A stretch of 59,094 bases of DNA, filler included, from Sphacelaria rigidula (GCA_964200075.2; 5 parts of 5 records of this genome joined end to end with filler, not necessarily neighbours in it); one strand, 5' to 3'. Counted from the whole stretch's first letter, positions 23,753 to 36,212 are shown. Numbers and translations: made by a program. Notes: generated from the sequence alone by a model not told the origin.

Positions 23753-25966
23753 CGAGAGACAAGAGACAAAGTAGATGAGGAGAGAGAGAAATATGAAACA
23801 AACTGGACGAAATACCGAGGGAGACACACAACAGAGGGGTCGGGGGGAGCGATCGAAGGATCCACTATTCAGCCGTGAAAAGACCAGAGGGACGACGAAC
23901 ACATCTGTGTGTGAGGACGAGGTCCTAGAGACATCATGACCTCGAGCACTCCAGGCTGATCGCACAAACGCTTTACCTTGGAGTTTTTGTTCGATGTTTG
24001 AGAGGTGGAACCGAAATCTTAAAGGAGAGGTACGCATCAACCTTGTGGAGATAATCATCTGAGCAGCTCTCCTTTTTGCATTCAAGAAATAAATATACAG
24101 TACGCTCATGATAGCTCTTCAACTGTCAATGAATATCGTTCCCAAGAAGTTTAGGTTCTAATTTTCAAACCTCGAGAGAAAAATCCAAGATATGCAGATT
24201 ACCAAGAGCGTAAAAATCCTAGACAATGCGCTAGTTGCCTCTCCCATGTTCGTTTCGGCCATGATACGAGCTGGGCCAGCCAAGAGTACGTGTGGATCTC
24301 GCTCAGGCGACGCACGGCGCGATATCAGGAGTTGGACGCTGAAATTTTGACAGCAGCTTTTCATGATCAATTTGCAGAAGATCACTGGTCCAGGAAAAAC
24401 AAATAACAAAATAAGAAGATATGGGCATTTGAACTTTCAGCAAAAACAAGATAATGCCGTAAGTCCAGAAAAAAAACTCAGGATCTGCAGCTGAACTCGT
24501 GGAGTATCAGTCCCTTGGGCGCTGAAGGTCTTCCTGAATTTTCAGCTCAAAACTCGTCGAATTGGGCCGTGCGTTCGACATTTTCCGTGACGCCGCTGCA
24601 CCCCTATAAATCAAGTGATGGGAGACTCCAATTATAAAGGTCATGATTTCGAATCCCGACATATTCTTATTTTTTCGTCAGTCGTTAAGGTCATACATTA
24701 TGCAGTACATTAAAAAAGTCATTCAGCGGCGGTGCCGTTTGTCACCAGGTTTGTCTACACTTCACAGTGATATGCTTACATCGGGTTCATTCGGGAAATT
24801 GGGAAAGCTGTGGTGTGAGAAAGGTTTAGCAGCTTTTAAGCTGGCCCAGCTCGTGCTCGAGCAGCTACGATTCAGCAGCCACCAGAGCTATCGTTTCTCT
24901 TGTCTTGATATCAGCTACACGCCTACTATTATTTAGCGCATTCGGACAAAGTTCGTCCATCTTATTTTTTGCAAATCCCCACCAACGGGCCCCGCTACCA
25001 ATACGTATTGGGTGTCCCAGGCTAGTGGGCGAACTGATGAAAGTTCTTGAGTGACCGGGCAGGGCGAGTGACACATCCCTGGTTGACCATTCAGTTGCCG
25101 AGGCCGTATTGGTTGGGTTCCTATTGGCCGATGTTCGTCATACTTGCGCGGGAGACTTTTTTGAGATGTAAAACAACAAGCCCAGCCTGTACGATGATAT
25201 TTGCCACGAAAATGTGCGTCGTAACTAAAAAACCGACACTCGGCAACGTCCGTAACACCTTTTACCGATGACAGGCTTCGTTGCCGATAGCACCGTACGC
25301 TCCTATAGCCGAGTCGCTCTCGCGAAACACTGACGCGCTGTCATGCCCTGGTATGATTCCGAACACGTAAATTGAACAACACCTCGCTACTGAACGTTTC
25401 CCGCAATGCCTCCCGCCCCTTGCACCCCTATTTGGTGCGAAACACTTGTTTTACTCGCTCCTTGAAGAAACACGTGACCGCTTACAATGAACAACCATTT
25501 TGTTCACGATCGCGAGTCGGGAGAGTTTGTGTAGTAACTTCACACCATTGAACGCCCCGTCTTCAAGTATAGGTGAGCATCACGGAGCAAAACATTGATT
25601 AGCATATATGCCACTGCCCCCCGGTTGTCAGACGGGTAGATACCATCACCAGTTCGGGCTAGTTTTGGGTTTCGAAACTCAACAGTAGTAGATATCAAAC
25701 TCAAATAGGTTCTCGTATCTGTCCTAAGGACACGTGGCAAGGAGACCTGTTACAAGTGGTAGGAACTCGATCACAGCAGACGAGGTGGGGAGTTCTGTTT
25801 AAACACTACCACTCTCGTCAGAAATACAACGAGCATTTATTTCGTTATTTGGAAATATAAATAACACTTGGTCGGCGATTCTACCCCTAGATTGACTATA
25901 CTATGCCAAACAATCCTCAAAACGTTGCAAACGTGATTGGGGGGTGGTCCATCTACGTCCCCTGGG

Positions 25967-27621
25967 TAGAGGTGGGCACCTGTAGACAAAAACCCGGTTA
26001 TAACCGGTTCTTGGAAACCCCAATAGGCGTTCACCGGTTACGGTTTTGGAAGAAAACAACCTCTGTTTTGTTTTGCCGGTTAAACTGGTTTATCGCAAAA
26101 CCGGCTTAACCGGTGAAAGGAGGCGTTACCATAACGGTTAAACCAGTTTTTCCGGTGAACCGGTTTAACCCGGTTCAATTGCGAAGTCTGAAGTTGGTAG
26201 CGAAAGCGCGACATACGACACGTCATATGCTACACGTCACACTACACGTCACCCTTACACATAGAGTCAGACTGCGCGTTTTTCAGGCAAAAGAAGTAGA
26301 CTTAAACTTCTGTTTACTCCGAAGATTTGCTTCAGTTTCCTCACGGGGGATACGATACTGATGTTGGTGTTTCTTCCTGACAAAAGTTGATGCGATATCT
26401 TGTCGCCTATCGCTCTTGTACGATTATTGCGTCATCGTTCATTCTGTAGGGCGGAATTGCCCAGGGAGAGGGTGTGTTTGCGTGGTTTGGCGTGGTTTGC
26501 AGCGTCCAGTGTGGGTTTTTTGCTGTCCGCTGTCTTGTTTTTCGACACAGGAGCGGTATGATTTTTCCATGCAAAGTTGAGGAATGGTATGATCCCTGCT
26601 CCTCCCTCCTATTGTTGGGCATTAGGTTACAGGGGCGGGCGAGGTGTGGGGTGCATACAGTACTGGGCGCCTGAACTGTTCAGGGTGGTATTCTCGCGTA
26701 CTACTCTTCGACAGAGCTCCAAAGTGCTAGCGTCAGGTAGATTTTGGTAAAATAAGCAGATACTTTTGGTGTTATCGGGCGATACGAGCAGATACCTCGT
26801 TTGCATATAAGGAGGGTATTGTTGACCGTGAAACACAGTTATTCGGCTCTGGTGCAGTGAGTAGGTAGAAATTTCAAAAAAATAACCCTGTACATTTCTT
26901 CACAACAACGATCGGAGCAGGCTCGCTTGAAGGAAAACAATTCCGAAGTGTCAGAATCTGTGCTGAAAAGTTGCAGGACCCCCGATGACGGGTCAGCCAG
27001 TGAGTCACTCAATGTTGAGTACAAATGATTTTCGTTCTCATTGAATGTGGAGCGGGTACCAGTATCTTCAGATCCCCAATGTGACAGGCGGTGACAAGCG
27101 AAGGAGCCCAAAAAATCGCCGATGACGAAGAAACAACATTTCAGTTCCCTCCTACTATCTGCTACTCCGGAGTAGTATAGTTTTTTTTTTCGACTTTCGA
27201 CACTCTGTGTTGGCTAGGGTTAGGTGCCAGAGTTGAACAGCAGCTGTTCAAGTGATCACCAACACCATTATACATCACGAATAAAAATATTTGTCACAAG
27301 TCACCAGCCACTGTGCTGTAAAGTTCGACCGGTGTTGCACGGGTGCGGAGTGCGGAGGTGTGAGATTGAACCTTGCCGTCACCGGCAATGGGTGTGTTTG
27401 AGCGTATCCATCACCCACCGCACGCGAAACATACGACAAGAACGCCTCATTCTCCTGCGCTTCAATGATTTTAAGGGGTTTCCCCCTGCTCATCAGATTG
27501 AACCGGTTTTCCGGTGAATCGGTTAAACCGGCAGAAAAAAAGACGGCTTAACCGGTTTTTGTTCTTGCAAATAAGGCCTCTCATCTGGTAACCGTTTTCT
27601 TTATTCCGGTGTCCACTATTA
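25967..27621. mobile_element. Non-autonomous hAT transposon (1655 bp) with an exact 8-bp TSD
   Basis: Termini TAGAGGTGGGCACC / GGTGTCCACTATTA, flanked by CCCCTGGG on both sides (25959-25966 and 27622-27629); dense AACCGG/CCGGTT subterminal repeats at both ends. Confidence 0.85.
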
Positions 27622-27929
27622 CCCCTGGGGGTAGAGGATGACTACATTGCATATCCAGAGTTTCACATTATTCGAGTAAACTGCCATCATTCTTTATCAA
27701 AGCTCCTTCTTTTCGTCACTCGGTACGCACCGAACCTAGCCACGATGCCACGTACAGCAGCCATGCATTCACCATACAGCAGCAGCAGTACCATCTGCAG
27801 CACTCGATTACCTGTAGACTATTGCCAACGGCAGCAGAAAATAGAAACAACGCCTCTACAAGCGCAACGTTTCACTACTGCTGTGATTACCGTTGATCTC
27901 CACGCCCAAGCAGCCTGAGCCGCAGCTCA

Positions 27930-28260
27930 TGCCTCAGCGCTAACAGGCGAGGCCATTCCGGTTGGCGCTCCACTACGCTTCACCGTTTGCTTGTGTAGGT
28001 TGGGAATCTTCCCGTGCAGGCCAAGGTTCCCATGGTTGTCGACCAGGGTCGTACGAGTGATCGCGAGCTGTGCAGCAACAGCTCGCTGGGTACTGCGATT
28101 CTTGAAGGGGGATCTGTCGGAATTTATCCAGAACTGCTGCCAAGTCACGATGTGGTGAGACACCCATGAAGCAGTGTATAAGCCGTGGCTAGCTCTGGAA
28201 GTGACGATACCAGAAAATAGAGCAACTCATTGTAGGTTGTCACCCAAATGCAAGATAAAT
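27930..28260 (-). pseudogene. Decayed Tc1/mariner-type transposase fragment (N-terminal HTH region)
   Basis: Frameshifted peptide AAVLDKFRQIPL/KNRSTQRAVAAQLAITRTTLVDN resembles the IPLxxRxTxRxLAxxLGIxxxTL region of plant/stramenopile mariner transposases; 28150-28260 recurs at about 35868-35978. Confidence 0.5.
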
Positions 28261-28761
28261 GCAGAGTAGGTCATATTTTCAGACTCCTTAATTCCCCATG
28301 ATGACATTCGAGAGACTCCCAACTCTTCAATACTCGGATCTTTCAAACACGTGCCGTGGACATGGTAATCGAACTCTGTCGTCTACGTGAAATTCCATTT
28401 TACGTACCATTTGCAACGAGGTCGACATCAGGCAAATGTCATCAATCGACATAAACGTGGATGTTCACATAATAACTCTGCACTTGTGCTGGGCAAAAAA
28501 TCCGACGAGTGATCTCATTTCACCGTGCACAAAATAATTCCCCGAAATAATTTACGTCAACTAAACACTGCAAAAAAAGAAGTTGCAATAGGTGCTTATA
28601 CCACCTTTTCTCGAGGCAGAAAGGAGAATCAAAATTCAATTTGAATCAACTCAAACCAGAACGCCAAAAGTAGAAGTGTGATCAAATACAAATAGTACAC
28701 AGCATTCCTACATGTCATAACACAAAAACACAGAACCTGATTCCAAATGTTCTGTCTGCAT

Positions 28762-28978
28762 TGTAATGCGTGAGAGGACCGCGTGCTTAGAGGACCGCTT
28801 CGGAGTTTGAATATCCCTATGGTTAGGGTTAGGGTTAGGGTTAGGGTTAGTGTTGGGGTTAGGGTCAGGGGCGTGGTACCTGCAGGGACTGACCCGATTT
28901 GTTTTGAAAAACGTCGATCCTGAGGTGTTTTGAACTACGGCGCGGTCCTCTAAGCACGCGGTCCTCTCACGCATTACA
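28762..28978 (+). mobile_element. MITE carrying internal (TTAGGG)n, with a perfect 37-bp TIR and a 5-bp TSD
   Basis: TGTAATGCGTGAGAGGACCGCGTGCTTAGAGGACCGC and its exact reverse complement; flanked by TGCAT on both sides; about 8 perfect or variant TTAGGG units inside. Confidence 0.9.
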
Positions 28979-29318
28979 TGCATTCTAGAAACCAAGACAC
29001 AGTCACCTCAAACATCATCATCAGCTCCCCTGATAATGACCGTCTATCACTTGCCTCGAATAGTTGTAGTTGACATCAGTGAATCCTGCAACCTTGATCC
29101 TTCATGTCATAACACGAAAACTATACCTTCAAAATATCGTTCACTTCACAGAGCCAAGGATATTCAGAGAAAACTCATATGTCAGCACACTCGTTCATTC
29201 CACGGAGCCCAACATACTCAGTTCAGATCCGGTATGTTTTCCGGTAAGGCTCAGCCCTCACAACGACTTCTACTACGTATGAGATGATGAGAAAGCTATA
29301 CACACGTGACATACCAAT

Positions 29319-29598
29319 AACAACGTTTTCGTGAGATTGCGAGTGGAGCGCGAACTGAGAGTGACTTTGATCACTCGCTTTAACTGAGCCATTTTTTTAT
29401 TCCGTGTGCGCTCTTCTTCGCCTCCATCACTGCCGTGTGCTTACAGCTAAACGTCGATATTCTCCTCAGTGATATCAAGCGCCTCGGTGGCAAGCTACTA
29501 CAGAAAGAATATCGGGCCTCGTGAAGGGACATTTCGGAACTGAAAGGCCTTTCACTCTAAGTCGTATCCTTTACTCTCAATCTCACGAAAACAGTGTT
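29319..29598 (-). mobile_element. MITE homologous to 13383-13685
   Basis: AACAACGTTTTCGTGAGATTG / CAATCTCACGAAAACAGTGTT termini; internal GTGTGCTTACAGCTA and GTGGCAAGCTACTACAGAAAG match the first copy in reverse. Confidence 0.78.
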
Positions 29599-31539
29599 CA
29601 AACAAAAGGCATACACCACTAGTTCCACATGACGGACGAGAAAAACGTATGGGGAGGAGCTAAAATGACGCAGAGAAAGACAGAAAACACAAACTGACTA
29701 CAAGCTTGCAACATGTGACATCTTGTAGCACACCTGTGGTTGGCTGGTGAGAACTCCCGACACAGAAAAACACGAAGTGTGCACAAGTAAGAGCAACGTA
29801 TGTTGCGCAGCTGCGGCGCTCAATCATCACCACATGGCGGTATAGGACACTCCTACACGACGAAATACACGCATCAAACGACACGTGCAGTGGACGTCAG
29901 GGCATCGCTTTACACTTGACACGATGAGATGCAATAACGTGCGCGTCAGAGGAGGACAACAGTCAGCATATGCTAGCTCAGTCCAAGAATTACAATGCAT
30001 GACGGTAGATAACACTCCCTTACACAACCGAGGGAAAACAGGCCACTACACGAAAAAAAACTTCATACGAAAAGAAACCAAAAACAAGATAGGGCGTGAA
30101 CAAGAGATACTGAAACCATCCTTGTGCTCCACCTTGGTACAGAGCGGGCGGATTGTGGTGCTATCGAACAAAAGTCGAAGACAGTATCATCGAAGTGATC
30201 GTGGGAAACTGATCGCTAACCGAAAATAAACCTCAACAAAAAGAAGTGAACACATCCATAAACACAGAAAAATACTTGAACGCAACAGAACAATGTGCTT
30301 TTTGCCATTTTAATGCCCGGGTCCCCGGCATGCTGCCTTCTGCTCCTGTCTTCCTCCGTCCGCAATCCCCTGCACTTCCCCCCCCGATCAAAGGGGTACT
30401 CCAACCCCAGAGTCGTCCTTGCGCTCCTCCGACCTCTTTCAGGATCGGACGGGTAGGTCGACGTCACATACATACTGCTATTCGTCGTGTCACCCTCGCT
30501 GCTGTCCTTTCGTTTGGTGTCGTTTGCGCTACTGCCGATGTTGGTCTTGTGTGAGCTGTTGCTAATGTTGGTCTCGTTGTTGATTATATTGCTGGCGTTG
30601 TTGCTGATGTTCATGTTGATCTTGTTTGCGTTGTCGCTGATCCTTGCTTTCGTACTACCGACGACGTGAATCTTGATCCTCTATCGTGATGGCTTTCTGT
30701 TGGGGGCTTTGCTCTGGACTTGTTGTCGCTCCAAGATTCGGCGTACCGCTTTCCCAGCGTTTTTCTCTCACAGGTTCTCTTCCACTCCATGGTCGATCGA
30801 TTGCTTGTCCTAGACTTTTCCGAAACGCTGGCTCCTTTCCCAGCACTGCGTGCTTCTCGTATTCCGTTAAAAAGGGTCCTAATTACTCCTCCGTCGAAAT
30901 ATCCATAACCACTTGAAGCATCTTGTTACTTCCGTCGATTTCCTGGTGTCGCTTTTCCCGCTTGAATTTCATTTCCTCTTCTTTTCTGCATTTCCCAGAG
31001 TTTGTCAGAGAATCATATCTTATACTCCAGCTCCAATCTGTAATACTCGCGTTCTTCGTCTTGCCGATGGAAAAATTATTCATCTGTTGACCCCGTCATC
31101 GCATGAGTCCTTGACCGAGTCATGCTAGCAGAGTTGGGTTTCACGTGCTCCAGGTACATCGTTGCGATGAGCGAGTGGCCGGTCTAGACCAGTGTATAAA
31201 ATGAACCATATATGATATTAATTTCATTTTACAAAGATTCTCACGCACCAAACAGGAGCACAACAGCATATGAATCGGTGGGGGAAAGTTAACACCATCA
31301 AACTCTACGACCTTGAGAACCACATCTCAAATCCTGTATGTCCGCTGGATCTTCAATACAGTCATGATATCGGGTACACCTTGACTCCGATCACGGTAAC
31401 ATCCCAAGTAGCAAAACAGTCCCTCTATTCGTAATTCCCCTATTCTTGATATCTTTCTTCCTACAACTAGATATACGTGTCTCATGTAAACGTATAGACT
31501 CTATAACCCTTGACCATGAGTATATTCGATAAACTGCAC

Positions 31540-31620
31540 CTTCTTTCTTGTGGGCCGAGAGCCTGGAACGCTGGTTTGCCGCCGTTGTACAAATCCATGA
31601 TGGCTTTCTTGTCCTGGGCA
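31540..31620 (-). CDS. Possible isolated internal exon of an unknown gene (AQDKKAIMDLYNGGKPAFQALGPQERR)
   Basis: Pyrimidine tract plus cag| acceptor, |gtgcag donor, 81-nt symmetric phase-2 exon with GC3-rich codons; no partner exons identified. Confidence 0.3.
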
Positions 31621-32574
31621 CTGCCGTCGGGACGAGAGAAGGAGTAATTCAAACGTGAGCAGGAATGATGGAAGCAATACCACACCGTCATCATAGGCAG
31701 CAGAAGAAGCAGCAGTAGTAGCAGTAACAACAGTGCAACAGTGGCGGAATACAACCAGAAAACTACAAGATTGCGGGCGAAGTGTTCCGTTGGTCAACTG
31801 CTGCGCTCGGAGTGGGTTGTTGTACGTGATGGAAATAGGTCCAAACCATCCAAGCCGGAAACGGAAACCAACTGAACGTGCCGAAACCCTGCGACCCAGG
31901 AGGATACCCAGACTTGTAAAAACATGTTCGTGAGGTCAAGAACGAATCCTCATTTTCGGAACGGTTTTGAAATCGTTTTGGGGTATACGGCCGCCGATCA
32001 ACATCAGGCAGGTACCTCTGGGACGACCCCGACTTCGGTTGAAGACGGGTATTTTTGCTTTATTGGAACCTTGCGAAGAGAAGAAGGGGAGAAATGATTC
32101 TGTTCCAACGGTGATTCGGACTAGCGGCGATGCAAAACCAAGAAAGGGAGAGATGGCGGTTTTCTCTTGCTTCGTACCCCATGCGAGAGGCCCCTTCGTG
32201 CTGTCATCAGTCACCATTGGGGCGTGGGACACAAGGGGCAGGCTGCGAGCCGAAAATGTCGTCTACAACCGAGGGTAGATTCGTGCCAAATCATCCGTGC
32301 CCCCCTCCAACATGCACTATGACCTCGAGAGGCCGGAATCTTCATGTTTGTACAATTGCTTGATGTCAAAACAATAGTTGTAGTACTGTGCCGAGATTCC
32401 CAGCATTTCACGAAGATACCCGGAGCTGTACGGTAATCCTTCACTGAGACCATCTCATGGAGGAACACGCCCTATGTTAGGTACGCTCATACCGCACGCC
32501 CGTCTAACCTACGGTGGTAGTACTGTCTTGTACATTTGTAGTCTCATGTGTGCTGCATTTTTGGTGTTCTTTAC

Positions 32575-32968
32575 TTGTTGTACTGTGTAGCGTTGTACTG
32601 TACTGTGCTGTAGTGCACTGTAATGTAGTGTCGTATAGTGTAGTGTAGTGTAGTGTGGTTACCGTAGTGGACGTTGTGTAATATAGTGTAGTGTGGTTAC
32701 TGTATTGGACGTAGTGTGGTGTACTGTACTGTGCTGTAGTGCACTGTAATGTAGTGTAGTGTAGAGTAGTGTGGTTACCGTAGTGGACGTAGTGTAGTAT
32801 AGTGTAGTGTGGTTACTGTATTGGACGTAGTGTGGTGTACTGTACTGTGCTGTAGTGTCGTATAGTGTAGTGTAGTGTAGTGTGGTTACCGTAGTGGACG
32901 TAGTGTAGTATAGTGTAGTGTGGTTACTGTATTGGACGTAGTGTGGTTACTGTACTGTATTGTACTGA
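32575..32968. repeat. Pentamer (GTAGT/GTACT)-based satellite with a higher-order unit of about 120 bp repeated about 3 times
   Basis: The block GTGGTTACCGTAGTGGACGT...GTGGTTACTGTATTGGACGTAGTGTGG recurs three times within the pentamer array. Confidence 0.85.
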
Positions 32969-33071
32969 CCTTGGGAAATCGTGATTTTCAATTCACCAAT
33001 TCTTTTACACTTTTCCTGAGGTCGTTTTCGGTTTTCGAAGTAATAGCTATCAGGGTGTATTGGCACTTTTT

Positions 33072-34304
33072 TACGTGATTCAATTCATGTAACTCTTTTC
33101 GACGAATAAATCATGCGATTCATCCATCATTTGTAATTCATACAGGTTTTGAGCTCCTGTGTCGTGCAGTACCCCGCCAAACGTACCTGTTTTCTACTTC
33201 TAGGTCATAGGGAGGTGAATCATGGACACATACTATTCCCCTGTAAAACATGCGGAATCAACTGATTGTACATGCCACCCACACTTGCCCTGAGGCGTGA
33301 ATGACATCTACATGTGTGCCATGCGTATAAGTCATGCGGGACGAAGAGCCAGCACATCCTTGAATCCTCTCATGACATGGGCCTTGCATCAGCCGTACTT
33401 TTCTCCCCAATCTGTATGCGATTGAGATGACTGCGCCGCATATGTTGTTCACCGTCGGGTGCATGCGGGATGAACAGTTGGATACAGGTCGACTCCTGCC
33501 ATGTCATGAGGAATGAACTCGTATAAATCTTGATTTATCCTAACCGTACGACGCTGAACTTGGGTGTGTGCGGCAGTAATCTCGTTGTCAAACTCAAACC
33601 GCTCATTTGTGAGAGTGCAACAGACGCGTACTTTCTCTGAAAGTTTTCAGAGAGAAAAATGGACGGAAAACAACCACGTTTAGGACGAAAAAGAAACAAA
33701 TTGTGATAAATCGTGATTCAACTCATGTAACTCTTTGCTGATGCTACGGTAGGGGTACACAAATATTTTCTGAGGTTAGAATGGTTAGGAGCCCTTTATC
33801 TTATCCAAAACACGACTTTTAAAAATATGCGAGAGTACGCCANNNNNNNNNNTCCAGGATTACTATTCCAATGTGCTGGGGATATCCCGAATGAAGCTGC
33901 AGACGGAGATGCCCCTGAACCAGAAAAAAATAGCGAAAAAAATGTACCCCTACCGTAGCACTGCTCTCTTTTCAACGAATAAATAATCATACAATTCGTA
34001 CATCATTTGTAATTCATACAGGTCTTGAGCTCTTGTGTCGCGCAGTACACCGCCAACGGTACCTGTTTCTTGCCTTCAGGTCACCGGGGGTGAATCATGG
34101 ACACATACTATTCCCCGGTAGAACATGCTGAATCAACTGATTATACGTGCCAACCACACTTACCTTGAGGCGTGAATGGCATTCACATCTATGCCGTGCA
34201 GTATAAGTCATGCGGGACGAATAGTCGGCATATCCTTGAATCCTCTCATGACAAGGGTCTTGCATCAGCCGTACTTTTCTCCCAATCTGTATGCGGTTGA
34301 GATG
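33072..34304 (+). repeat. Local duplication of about 360 bp (about 33072-33430 and about 33710-34304); the second copy is interrupted by transposon insertions
   Basis: Shared CGTGATTCAA.TCATGTAACTCTTT, CATCATTTGTAATTCATACAGG, GGTGAATCATGGACACATACTATTCCCC and CTTGCATCAGCCGTACTTTTCT. Confidence 0.85.
33737..33965 (-). mobile_element. AG..TGCTACGGTAGGGG MITE with 6-bp TSD CTCTTT
   Basis: CTCTTT|GCTGATGCTACGGTAGGGG...CCCCTACCGTAGCACTGCT|CTCTTT; the paralogous empty site at about 33092 has a single CTCTTT; contains a 10-N gap at 33843-33852. Confidence 0.85.
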
Positions 34305-34480
34305 CACACGCTGCCACTCGGCTACCTTGTAGAGGAATTTCCAAACGTCATCCTCGGTTCCGTCCGTTTTGAAATCCCCCTAGAGGATCTTGGGTATTCG
34401 TAATCCTCTGGAGGAGTTTCAACGTTGGGGCCCTCGAAGGTCTGTGTCAATATTTAAATCCCCTGGATTGTTTTTTAAGG
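34305..34480 (+). mobile_element. Partial CACAC-terminus (CACTA-like) element
   Basis: Begins CACACGCTGCCACTCGGCTACC like the element at 44805 and has CCTCTGGAGG-type subterminal motifs; truncates the duplicated segment. Confidence 0.6.
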
Positions 34481-35419
34481 CACAAGTGCTATGGAAAAAT
34501 CTGCAACTATTACTGCCTCTGTTATTCCATATAAATAATAATTCCAAATTATTGGAATCGGTCAAAAGGATGTATTTCGAACAGCAGAGGCTCTACAAAT
34601 CCCATATACACTCGCAGATGGAATCTGTACACCGAACGCTGTTCGGAATAAATCCTCACTTTGCCCGCCGATGCCTGAAATTGGCAGGTGATGATCATTT
34701 CGAACATGCTTCACCCTCTCGAACATGTATATTAAGGTTGCCAAACCCCGTAGTCCCGGGTCTACCATTCGTTCGAATGAACACGCGAAAATTATGATCG
34801 CGGTTGATAACGTACGTTGACGACGATATGACCATCACAACTATAAGCACGGTTTGGTACTGTACTGAACTGTACAATACCGTGCAGGACAATACCATAT
34901 AGTGCTTTTATACGTGCGGTGCAATATACCGCAGAGTTAGCGCGGCATATGCGCCACGCATGGCTAAATAAAGTGGATGCCTGTAACTTTGGGTGCATGG
35001 GGATGTTATATACCGTCAGCTACTGAGTACACCACGACGCCCGTTTTGCAGCATGCTCACCGCTGCAGTCAGTAGGACGTGAAGGGGAAGCGGGCGAAGT
35101 ACAGTACAGACAGCGTAGGACTGAATGTATGTTATCTGCGTATAGTGCGACGTGAACAGGACTTGAACAGTGTGCGCAGCTTTGTCTGCCTGCACTACTA
35201 CTGTCCACACACGTGGACAGATAGCGCCCTGTGGAGGGGGTCTACAGGGTTTACGTACCCTACGCAGTATTTCTGGCGGGAATTATTTTGTACATTGTTT
35301 TCCAGCGTAGCACAGGACGCTCCACAGGGTGTCCCTACAGTGGTCATGAATAGTGTCCATCACAGGGTTCCGTCGCCCCATGAACAGTTCATCGCTGCTG
35401 GGAATGCTGTGCAGTGTGT

Positions 35420-35519
35420 NNNNNNNNNNNNNNNNNNNNNNNNNNNNNNNNNNNNNNNNNNNNTTAATTAATTAANNNNNNNNNNNNNNNNNNNNNNNNN
35501 NNNNNNNNNNNNNNNNNNN
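35420..35519. other. Artificial contig-joining spacer
   Basis: N44-TTAATTAATTAA-N44. Confidence 0.98.
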
Positions 35520-35650
35520 GGTGATTGAGTGCGAGCCTGGTCAGGCAAAAACCCGGCGTGCTCCGTCCCGGCTTTGTAGGGATGCGAGGTCAATGGTCGT
35601 ATGACTATGGAATGCATGATCATGAGTACACCCCGCGCGCCCCCCCACGC
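35520..35650 (+). mobile_element. Non-LTR retroelement 3' end, C-tailed (subfamily B)
   Basis: GTGCTCCGTCCCGGCTTTGTAGGGATGCGAGGTCAATGGTCGTATGACTATGGAATGCATGATCATGAGTACACCCC; copies at 36075-36212 and 47358-47420. Confidence 0.65.
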
Positions 35651-36074
35651 CTCCGTCAGCCCCGCTAAAACCCGGCGGTGATCCGTCCCGGCTCTGCAGG
35701 GATGGACCCCCGGTGAGGGTGGCGTCGGTTGGCAACAGCGCTGCAAAACATGCCACTCACTGCTTAGAAGAGGCAATTAGGTTACGTTTTTTTTGGCTTG
35801 CGCTTGCGGTTTTTTTTTGCGTTAACCATGATTGGTGATGGTCACGGGAAATATTTCACAAGCTGTTTACATGGTGAGGCAGCCATGTCGCAGTTTGTAA
35901 ACCGGGGCTCTCTTTGGAAGTGACGATACCAGAAAATGAAGAAACTCATTGGAGTCTGTCATCCGTATGCAAGATAATCACTACGCTTCGGGTTGAACAC
36001 GTTTAGCAAGATGCATCTCACCCTTAATTCGACTCGCCGAACACATCACGGTGCTTAGTGCGGGGTCATTGTCT

Positions 36075-36212
36075 TCGAGCCTGGTCCGGTGAAAAACCGG
36101 CGTGCTCCGTCCCAGTGCTCCGTCCTAGTATTCCGTCCCGGCTTTGTAGGGATGCAAGGTCAATGGCCATATGACTACGGCATGCGAGATCATGAGTGCT
36201 TCCCCCCCCCCT
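36075..36212 (+). mobile_element. Non-LTR retroelement 3' end, C-tailed (subfamily B)
   Basis: CGAGCCTGGTC...CCGTCCCGGCTTTGTAGGGATGCAAGGTCAATGG...GATCATGAGTGCTT followed by a poly-C run. Confidence 0.65.

Noticed and set aside
24019..24609. Possible Kolobok-like element (TTAA-AGG...CCCT-ATAA)
   Set aside because: The terminal inverted match is too poor and there is no second copy in the window
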